Virus record (IMG/VR): IMGVR_UViG_3300020473_000021
Coordinates: 32,001-96,000 of that record
Length of the DNA stretch: 64,000 bases
Origin: a virus
Direction: 5' to 3' (one strand)
The translations under genes and the position numbers were made by a program. The notes under the pieces were generated by a model. The model worked only from the letters and a program-made list of their open reading frames with translations, searched no databases and was not told the DNA's origin. Shown here piece by piece: positions 48,114 to 57,900 of this stretch. Numbering within the stretch: the first letter of the stretch is position 1; each line of letters begins with the position of its first letter.

Positions 48114-48589
48114 CTGAATTCAACGTTAATAATGTTGAACGACCAAATCCCGAAGAGGATGGCGTTACACACATTCGTCTAGCTCCTGGCGCAAAAACTG
48201 AATTAGGACGGTTACTCCACATGGGCGCTCACCGCCCATTTACCGATCCTGAATACGGACAGTTTGCAAGTATTACAGCATTTTGGTGTTGGTATACTTG
48301 TAACCGTAGTGATGCGTTACGAGAGATTCACCACTCTAACATGATTCGTGCTAGTACCTATAGCAACAATTATGTTCAGGGTGCTGAAGAGAAAACACGG
48401 GAAGTTCTTCGTAGAAGTATTGAGAACGATCCTAAATTGAAAGCTGCGTTAGAGAATAACACGTTACCATTTATCAGTTATGATGTGGTTAACTTTCCTA
48501 AGCGCGGTCAAGATAGTAATATCGTTTATGTTAGTACTAACATCGCTTGGTATGATACAACATTGAACGAGTTATCGAATATCGACTAA
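48110..48589 (+). CDS. Hypothetical protein, possibly NADAR-like
   Basis: HI....KTELGRLL...AH.PF.....GQFASI.AFW. Confidence 0.55.
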   Translation: MTEFNVNNVERPNPEEDGVTHIRLAPGAKTELGRLLHMGAHRPFTDPEYGQFASITAFWCWYTCNRSDALREIHHSNMIRASTYSNNYVQGAEEKTREVLRRSIENDPKLKAALENNTLPFISYDVVNFPKRGQDSNIVYVSTNIAWYDTTLNELSNID

Positions 48590-48595
48590 TATTGA

Positions 48596-48624
48596 GGGAG
48601 ACTTCGGTCTCCCCTTTATTTTTT
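48596..48624 (+). terminator. Intrinsic terminator
   Basis: GGGAGACTTCGGTCTCCC (identical to 9421-9438) plus T-tract. Confidence 0.9.
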
Positions 48625-48664
48625 GTCTTCATCCTATGGTTAAAGTAAATTATGGGTTGGTGTT

Positions 48665-49915
48665 ATGATTAAGATCAATGAAAAAGGATCAAAAGCGATA
48701 GATACAGGAGAGAATATCTCCGAGGTATTATCGACGTTTATTGAGACTGGACCCAAAGACGAATTAAGTGCAATCGATGGTTATCGTGCACCATCTCCAG
48801 ATGCTTTAGAAAAACTTAAAGGTACAGACTGTGAGTGCGACACTCCAGCTAGTGAAGTTGCAAGCTCCAGTGGTTTATTCGGTGGATCTGGTGGTAGTGG
48901 TTCTGGTGGTAGTGGTGCCTCAGACACTAATGGTGAAGGCGGTATACCCGGCACGAATGGTCTTTGGACAGCATTGTTGTGTGGTGGCCGAAGTGGCGTT
49001 GGTAGGAACACTATACCTACAGGACGACAAGCAGCCGCTGTATCGCTTTGGATGCGTTTATTGGGTTGTAGCGCTAGTGATATACTCAAGCTCGTAGATA
49101 CCCGTTCAGGTGAACCTCAGATTAATGTGGGTGTACTACAGAGTCGATTAAGTAATGCGCTTGGTCAATCGATCAATGAGTTAAGTAGTGAAGATAAAGA
49201 ACGACTTGTCTCTAACCTCAAAAATGAAGAAGAGTCTCAAAGTGGGGATTCTGAAGTTGAAGAGGATGATTCAACATTAAGTATCGGTGGCGTTAAACGT
49301 GCTTTCAGTGCAGTATCTCTAGACGATGCGAAAAGCTTCGCTAAACTATTGCAATCTTCAGGTGATGATGAAGTATCTGTAGAAGTAGAAGATAATTCCT
49401 CTAAGTCTCAAATACAGCTGGCTACGTTTGATAAAGCAATAAAGATGAATGATCCTGAATCGTTCGGTCGAATTGCTAGCAACATAGAACGTACGCCGAA
49501 GAATCGTCGTCTATTTCTAGGTAAGACTAATGATGTTGCTAAAAGTGGTAATCTAGAGATGATGAATCATCTGTTAGATATTGTCGGTGTAGACATGGTT
49601 TTATCGCGCTATCCCGATATACTTCGCGATATCATACGCTATTATGTCATACCTAAGGGACTGAGGCCCTCTCAAGCGCTTCCTGAGCTCTTAACTACAC
49701 TTAATCGAATAGACAGTGGTTGGAATAGTTCAGGAGCATATGGTGCTTCTCAGAGCGATATAGAACCATACACTTGGTGTAGTCCTGATGCGGAATCTGT
49801 ATTTATGTCATCAGACGATCATCGAACTCAAGTGATGATCGCATCGTCTTATCGTTCTACTGATAAAAGAACGTTGATAAATCAATATCACGATTACTTT
49901 GCGATGACAGCATAA
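48665..49915 (+). CDS. Putative virion structural protein with Gly/Ser linker
   Basis: Long ORF convergent with the gp182-like gene; ETGPKD.L.AID N-terminus. Confidence 0.6.
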   Translation: MIKINEKGSKAIDTGENISEVLSTFIETGPKDELSAIDGYRAPSPDALEKLKGTDCECDTPASEVASSSGLFGGSGGSGSGGSGASDTNGEGGIPGTNGLWTALLCGGRSGVGRNTIPTGRQAAAVSLWMRLLGCSASDILKLVDTRSGEPQINVGVLQSRLSNALGQSINELSSEDKERLVSNLKNEEESQSGDSEVEEDDSTLSIGGVKRAFSAVSLDDAKSFAKLLQSSGDDEVSVEVEDNSSKSQIQLATFDKAIKMNDPESFGRIASNIERTPKNRRLFLGKTNDVAKSGNLEMMNHLLDIVGVDMVLSRYPDILRDIIRYYVIPKGLRPSQALPELLTTLNRIDSGWNSSGAYGASQSDIEPYTWCSPDAESVFMSSDDHRTQVMIASSYRSTDKRTLINQYHDYFAMTA

Positions 49916-49947
49916 GTAGGAGGGCATTAGCCCTCCTACTTATTTTT
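49908..49947. terminator. Bidirectional terminator
   Basis: TAAGTAGGAGGGC-ATTA-GCCCTCCTACTTA plus T-tract. Confidence 0.85.
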
Positions 49948-49950
49948 GCT

Positions 49951-51933
49951 TTACTGACCACGCTCAGCTTCACGTGCCAAGGCGGATATTAACTGTCCCG
50001 GCATGGTTTGTGATACCCACTGTGCGTAATGACCTGGACTACTCCAACGTCTCCACGATGCTCTTTCTCTAGCAAGATTAAGTCGCAGACGACTTCCCGC
50101 CCACACTTGATCTGCTAAAGATAGACTACCCAACACCGCTAAGTAATCGGTATATGCATTGTCTTCATCGAAGATACCCGGTGAAGAGTTGATTGGCATA
50201 TGCATGATACTACTTAGATCCACAACAGAGAACGACACATCAATACCTAAAGGCCGTTCATCTCTCGTCCATCCTAAGTTACCTACACCACGAGTAATGC
50301 TGATTGAATCGATAATACCCAATCGAGTCTGAGCTTTACCTTTGTCGTATATCTCAACGAGGAATGGCGCGTCGTAAGAATGTTTACCCGTTGACTTAGG
50401 TAATGCACCTGCCAGCAACATAGATAATGGAACCATCAGGTTCTGATAGATCGACATCTTGTTGCCATAAGGCGTTCTAAGTTCGATGGTGTAATCGTTC
50501 TTAGGTAGATCCACACTTGAATCTTGCCATACCTCAGGAATGTCCACAAACGCATTACCAGCAAAGGCCATTAGACCACCCATGCCAATAGAATCTAGTC
50601 CACCACCAATTAGATCAGTCACACTAGACATTGCGCTTTTTAACATATCCCCGATAAAACCACCACCTAGGTTACCTTCTGCTAAGTTGAATCGCTTATT
50701 CCTTACATCGGCAGACGTACCGTTAACCATACTAGATATACCCGACTCACCAGTACTATTGTTTACCGATTCGCCTGTAGTCCCGGTGTGGTTAACACGA
50801 AATGATACAAACTGACCACCATCTCTTATCTCTGCTGCTGCGAATTCAGCAAACGTATCCCAAATGCTGGGGTCATCTACAGGTGCTGATTCTGTGGTAT
50901 CTATAGCGTCGTCTTCACCCGTAGGTTTGGGATCAGACATCGACTTTTGATTATTCCACGCTGCTAAATAAGCATTGATGCCAGTCTCTGAACTTGTGTT
51001 GAATTCACCTTTAGGAATATCCATATCAGATAGGTTTTCTTGATACTCCTTCATTCTAGCCCGGAGCTCTTCAAGTGTATTCACCGACGAGTAGGCTTTC
51101 TCTTGACGCTTTCTAGCGGCGTCCGCAACACGCTGTTGTCTAGATGCAATCGCATACACATCAACACCACCACCCTCGTGGTAAACGTGTGGAAGCAACT
51201 CGTGATATGCTCGAATGTCTTCAGCTGTATACTCGGGACCATCCATTTTATCGCGAGTATTATAAACAAAATCATTATCGTCATCATTCTTATCGGAAGT
51301 GGTTATCTCCGATGTAGCAGCATTGCTAGCATCCGATAGAACAAGTGGGATGATTCCCATGTTAACACCAATACCGTTTGCGATGGTATTTACTGCGTTC
51401 CAATACAACGGCATAGCTGGTTTTGAAAAGTAGTACTTACTCGATGGTTCATTCGCCATAAAGCTATAAATCTTACCTGCGAGTAAGAGTGGTTGCAATG
51501 GTAGCGTTACCACGAATCCAGCTACCTTACCAAGCTTATAAAAGAAACCCGGCGCTCGACCAGTTCTGGATAACACACCAGCCTCGTATGAATATGCCCC
51601 ACCAAAGAATCTTGTTAATGGGTTATACTGAGGTACTCCAAAACGCATGTGAATGAGTTGACTATGATCATCAATCATCTCACTATATTTACGACCCATT
51701 CCGTAGCTATATGCTCTACCTTGCGATCCACGACCTGCAAATGCTCCAGCGACTTTCAGGTCAGCATAGCGAGTCCATTGTGGTGGTGGATTAATTGCAA
51801 AGTTACCACCGAGTGTTGTGTCTGTGTATTTGTTAAAAGCAGTTGTGTCACTGCGATCCGAAACCATCGTCGTCGCAGACTTAGGCAACATAAAACTTGT
51901 CTTGACCCACTGCGAATCTGTAATTCTTGGCAT
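49951..51933 (-). CDS. Baseplate/tail structural protein (phiKZ gp182-like)
   Basis: DTTLGGNFAINPPPQ.TRYAD, HMRFGVP, KPAMPLYW..V, DIPEVW.DS, L.TPYGN, I.RG.GN.GW; GGAG RBS before 51933. Confidence 0.75.
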   Translation of the reverse strand: MPRITDSQWVKTSFMLPKSATTMVSDRSDTTAFNKYTDTTLGGNFAINPPPQWTRYADLKVAGAFAGRGSQGRAYSYGMGRKYSEMIDDHSQLIHMRFGVPQYNPLTRFFGGAYSYEAGVLSRTGRAPGFFYKLGKVAGFVVTLPLQPLLLAGKIYSFMANEPSSKYYFSKPAMPLYWNAVNTIANGIGVNMGIIPLVLSDASNAATSEITTSDKNDDDNDFVYNTRDKMDGPEYTAEDIRAYHELLPHVYHEGGGVDVYAIASRQQRVADAARKRQEKAYSSVNTLEELRARMKEYQENLSDMDIPKGEFNTSSETGINAYLAAWNNQKSMSDPKPTGEDDAIDTTESAPVDDPSIWDTFAEFAAAEIRDGGQFVSFRVNHTGTTGESVNNSTGESGISSMVNGTSADVRNKRFNLAEGNLGGGFIGDMLKSAMSSVTDLIGGGLDSIGMGGLMAFAGNAFVDIPEVWQDSSVDLPKNDYTIELRTPYGNKMSIYQNLMVPLSMLLAGALPKSTGKHSYDAPFLVEIYDKGKAQTRLGIIDSISITRGVGNLGWTRDERPLGIDVSFSVVDLSSIMHMPINSSPGIFDEDNAYTDYLAVLGSLSLADQVWAGSRLRLNLARERASWRRWSSPGHYAQWVSQTMPGQLISALAREAERGQ

Positions 51934-51949
51934 GACGATCTCCATTAGA

Positions 51950-51980
51950 GAAAATAACGGGAGGGCACTCAGGCCCTCCC
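51950..51980 (-). terminator. Intrinsic terminator
   Basis: GGGAGGGC/GCCCTCCC stem plus GTTATTTT on the minus strand. Confidence 0.7.
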
Positions 51981-51988
51981 TAATAGCG

Positions 51989-54900
51989 TCAACGATTCAT
52001 ATTTACGGCAGGTTTAACATCACCGTTACCGGTTGTGTTTTGCCGCTGTTTAGGTTTGTTGTCTTTTTTGTCTTTCGACTGAGACTCATCCTTCTTAGCA
52101 GCACCTGTACTATCTCTTAAGTAACTACTTATCTGAGACAGTTGATCCACCATAGTTTTCTGAACGCCAACGCTTTGATTCAGGATTGATACCATACGAT
52201 TGGTGTTCTCTGTTAACTTGGTGTTATGTACTTGGTTCTGAGCAGCAGCAGCTGCTACTGAACGTTCTTGACGTCTAGCGTCTCGATCAAGTACCTGTCT
52301 CGCTACAGCAGCTCGCTCATCCCGCTCATCGTCTACCGCAGTCGGTTTAGCATATTGACTACCATATACGCCGCGCTCTAACTCATTAGCTTTACGCAAC
52401 ATCATCTGTTTAGCACGCGGATTAGTTTGTCTCTCAGCAGCCGCACGTAATCTATCGGCAGCGCCGCGAGGGTCTAATCCACCATCAGATTCTTGGTCTC
52501 CCTCAACCCTTTGGGTGTCCCCTTGAGTATCGTTAGGTTCGTTTGGTTTAGAACCAGGAGATTCGAAATCTGCAAACAATGCTGCATCGGTTTGATAACC
52601 GTCAGCCTTCTGACCACCCAAGCGACCGAGCTCTTCTGTTTCATCCTTACCGAAGTCTGGACGACTCTTCTGAACATCAGCCTGACTTGATTGATCTTTA
52701 CGCGTTAAGAGTTCATTTAAAAACTCCCTTACTTGCGCTGAGTTATCACTTAGCTTGTAGTCTGGCCATGGTGGCGCAAAGACTGTCCATACAGACATCT
52801 GCGAACCATTAACCGCACTACGCATATTTGAAGCAACTTCATAAGGTCCTTGACCTTTAAGTGACATAGGACTATAAAACGAGCCTTTCATAGCACTCAT
52901 CTTACTCATGTATGTTGCTAACACGGGTATGAATCGTTTAGTGAACCATTCGGTCCATATCGTCCGATCTTTGTCAGACTCAGGATCACGACCAAACATG
53001 GAAGCGTATTCGTTGAATAGCTTCACACGAGACCCCTTAAACGTAGCCTTACCATTTGATATTTGCATCATTGGTTTGACGACACGTTCAAGTTCTAGTA
53101 AGTGTTGAACCTTTTCAGTTTCATCTGTCGATTGTAGGCCGTATGTAACTATACGAGTTTTACCAACAGCATCATTCACTAGACTCGCGTCTGGTAATTC
53201 AGCTACTTGACCCTCTTGGAGTTGTAACTCAATTGGACCCTCACCGTTTGCGGCAATTGCCATACCGGCTAAAGTTGTACCTTTAGAACCTTGACGTTTC
53301 TCCAACCGATTTGCAGCGTCTAACATCTTACGCTTTATTCGCGGATTATCCTGACGACTAGCGGATGCTCGCAACCGTTCGGCTGGCGTCATTGCCATGA
53401 GTTCTTCTTTGGTATGCTCAGTCTTCTCAGTCTGAGCTTCGGCTGTAGACGTATCCGTTGACTCACCCTCGCCTTCATCTTCAAGTTGTGACTCTAATAA
53501 CTCCATCACTTCATTGTAGACTCTATCGACTTGTGAGAAGCCAACGACACCACTATCTTCCTTGTATGGTGAGGTCATTTTACGATAGGGTGAATCTGGT
53601 CCATCTTCGAACTTCGACCGTTTCATCACCTCGATCTTTTCTTTAACCTCTAGCTGATCCTCCATATCCTCAACATCGAAATCTTCCATGTAAGGTTGGC
53701 CTGCTGCAATCCACGATAGATAGACTGGCTTAAAGCGATCATTCAACCACTGGTAGAACCGCTCTATCTGCTCTTCATCCTCTTCAGGATCAAGGTCGAT
53801 TTCATCCAACAGATCTTCAGGATCAACACCTTCAAGTTTAGGTGGTTGGTCTTTTGGCATGACGACGTAGTCTTGGAAAAAGTTTTCCAGCTTGTACATC
53901 ATACCAACATGCTCATCGTTCTCTAGGTCTGCACCGTATTGAGTATAACGAGCACGGTTGACATCGTCTAGATCGGCCTGATCTGCCCACTTATACAAGA
54001 AGTAAGCTCCAGCACCGATCGCAACAGCTGCACCGACTGCAAGTGCTACAGGAGCACCTAAGATGGATACTGCTGCTGTACCCAATGCCCATAGACCACG
54101 TATGGCCCAAGAGGTACCTGAGCGAATGACATTATTCCAAAGGAAACTACCAGCGGTTTTCAAACCCCCACCGATAGCATTTAGACCCAATGCCCCACCG
54201 ACTCTACTACCGACGTTCTTGACACCTTGCCAAAGTTTACCAAGTTTAGTCTTAGGCTTATTGTTCTTGTTATTGCGGTTCTTATCGCGATCCTTATCAT
54301 TATCGCCATCACCACCGACATCGACGTAGCTATAATCGTTACCATCATCGCCACCGTCTCCGCCGCCAAGACCAAATAACCCACCAAGCTTACTTAGGAT
54401 GCTATTTCCTTTATCGGCAAACTCACCTTTATCCTTACCATCTTTACCCTCGGCATCATCTTTCGATTTATCACCGTAAAGTTTAGAACGCCAACCGCCA
54501 TCGCGTAGTCCGTCATCATCTTGATCGAAGAACTTATCAGGCGGATTAACGCGCTCGTTAATCAGGTCACGGATTTCAGTAAGTAATTGAGTTTGCTGTT
54601 CTGAATCAGACAGTAGTTTCTCAGCGTTTTCACCTTTCAGTTTACCGCCGAACATTCCACCGAATAATCCACCTACAGCACCACCGATACCTTTAACAAC
54701 GCTCTTACTAGCCTTGAAGACACCTTTGGTTAACCCAACTGTCATATCTAGACCCTTACGGGTTAGGTTCATCGCATGTTGAACAAGACCATTACTTTTG
54801 CCAGTTGATAGATCCAACGGTTTCCCTCTGGAGTCAACTAAACCTTTCTTAATGTCTTCATGCGACAACACGACATTGCCATCGAGATCTAACACCTCAC

Positions 54901-57900
54901 CATCGATATCTTGGATGGTTCTAATGGGCTCCTCAGTTTCAGCCGATAGATAACCACCGGTTTTCATGATCACTGCACGGAGTCTAGGTTCTGTCTCACC
55001 TTTAACGTAAACGTCTTTAGCGGACTTCTCTTTTTCCTTACCAAATAACAAGCCTGGTAAGAAACCACCGACTTTCTTCACCGCAGTAAAAATACCGCTT
55101 TGAATAGAACGTGCAGCATTCCAATATCCACCGAATAAACCTTTAGCGCCTTTACCAAGTAATGATGCACCACCCTTTAAGAAATCAGCAATGGGTCGTG
55201 TTTCTTTTCCTGAAAGGACATACAACTTACCCTGCTCTACATCTTCGGATGTAATTACAACATCCCCATCGGAATTTATAACGGCACCATCGATATCATC
55301 GAATGAATGTATCGGATCACCAGATTCGAGGTCACTATATAACCCGCGCTTAAGGTCTCTAGCTAGGATGATGGGTTCTTCGACACCTTCAAGGTAGATA
55401 TCCGCAACCGTACTACTTCCCGATTGCTTCTCTCTTTTATTGAATAACCCACCAAGTAGATTACCCGCACCTTGTCCAGCGCCTTTGAATAGACTACCAA
55501 TACCGCTAAACGTTTTACCATAATAACCCATGAGGTTACTACCTACGCTAGCTGCACCAGAACGCAATGTATCGAAGGTCTTACCCAATACACCTCGGTT
55601 ATCTTGAGCTGCTATGGCGCGTATCAACATTTCAGTCTTAACATCCAAATGTTGTTTCAGCTCATCCAACCATGGTCTAAATGGTTCATCAGTTGCACTA
55701 TAGCGACCGCCTGACGATGGTTCACTATCACTAGGGTGTGGGAGTTCACCTGTTGGAGGCTCGTCGCCACCACCACCAAAGAAACGCGACTTCGCATTAT
55801 TCAGCAATCGATTAAACGATGCTCTAAACCGAGCAGTACCCGCAAGCTCATCTACCTTATCTGGCGATATGTCCGAATCGTCTAACTGACCAACGACCTC
55901 ATCCACCTCACCATTTGAGTTACCGAAATGCTCCGTTAGGTAAGAACGTAATTGCTCTACCTTACTACCGGCATTCTCTTTAAGGTCTGAAAATGAGTCT
56001 TGCATGGAAGCTCTAGCATCATCAAAACGACCTTTAGCTTCGTCCAGTTTAGGTTTGAACTTAGTGAACGTTTCCGATTGCTCTACGCGCTTACGTAGAT
56101 CACCATAACGAGTCGATAAGTCGTCAACCTTCGGACTGAACTTAGTGTATATATCCGAACTTTCCACACGACCTTTAATGTCATCGAAACGATCAGATAT
56201 ACCACTCACGAGATCATCTTTAACGAAACCAGCTCGACGAGCGAGTTCACGACGACCCTCTTCAGTTTGCATGTGATCGTAGATGCTTTCGCTTAAATTA
56301 ACCGCGTTTTCTTTAGCAGTATTTAGACTATCGAGAGCCTTATCCTTAGCATCTTGATATATCTCACCACGAGCATCTTTGTCAGACAAGATCTCCAATG
56401 CTTCGGAAGAGAAATCACTCAAAGCACCTAACCGTTTTTCTAACTCCTCGACGTACGGTTGGCCTTTAGCTTGTGCATCCTGATAAAGTCCTTGTATGTA
56501 AGCTTCACCATCTTCGGCTAACTTAACAACGTCGATACCGTTGTCCAATAAAAACTCATTGACATCACTCGAAACTTCATCAAACTTAGAACGCGCCTTA
56601 CCAACGTAGCCTTGCAGTTTAGATCCCTCATAACGCTCTGAGAGGTCGGCTCTTGCTTGATCCCACTTTCCCTTGGCTGAGTCGGTTAATCGACTTGCAT
56701 CGCCTTTGAGTTCGTCTAACACTGATTCAGAACTACGATAGCGACGGTAAGTACTCTCTACTTCACCGAGAGCTCTGTTTCCATACTCAGACGCCTTAGA
56801 ACGTAGACCTTCGGTCTTATCTTTAGCTTTACTGAATAGGTTTCCAGCCATAGTACCTAATTTCTCACCCATGGAACCTTCGCTATTGGGATTATAGGTA
56901 CTTTCACTAAAACCAACGTTAGGTTGTGGTTGACCAACGTCTCTATCCCAAGGCGACGTCACCATCGATTTAAATGAACCTACCGCTCTGTCCCAAGGAG
57001 AACTACCGCTAGGACCAGTCCAAGTTGGTCGATCCCAAGGGGAGCCGCCCGGTGGTGGTGTTCCGCCGCCTGATCCATCAGGTGGATCGCCATCAAAACG
57101 TTCTATAAGGAAATCGTAAATCCCTTCAATGAACGCTTTAGACTCATCCATCGTTTCCCACAGTACTTGTAGGTAAGGTTCTACCCACTGTTTAGCACTA
57201 TCCATCAGTTTGTCCCAACGTGAGACATCGACTTCAGGTTGTGGGGCGTATACAGGTTCACTGGACCCTACATCAGCGTTAGATATGTCATCTAGAACAT
57301 TGCGCTGACTACCTTGGACTTCAGTACGTACAACATTGCGATTGTCGTCTAGGTCTTTAAAGATGTCTCTTACAGTTTCAGAACGAGTTTCATGTAACCC
57401 ATCCTTACCTGTATATTCAGACAACCCAGCACGCTCAAGGACTCCAGAGCCATAGGTACTCGCACTTCTAGCAATAACCTCTTTATAGTTAGGTACACCC
57501 CGCTTAGCATCACCATACACCTTAGATGCATCCTTACGGATTTCACTAGCCTTTCTGTCTTTCTTAAACTTACCATCTTCCATGTATTGGTTGTTGATAA
57601 GTTGTGTAACTTTATCGGCTTCATCGCTTGATAACATATCGAGGTTATCAGCGTCGGCGTAATTTTCGATAGTAAACGCTTTGTTTTGGAAAACGTCTTT
57701 CTCAATCTGGTCTGCTAATTTAGCACGAGTCTCATTATCGAGTTTACCTTCACCATCTAAAAGGTCGACTACTTTGTTAACCTTTTCAGTTAGACCTCGA
57801 ACATCACCCGAATCGACAATCTTCTGACGAATGTCATCCTGTAATTGAGACTCTCTTACTACCTGTCCCTTATCGAAATCATAGACTTGTCGCTCTGCAT

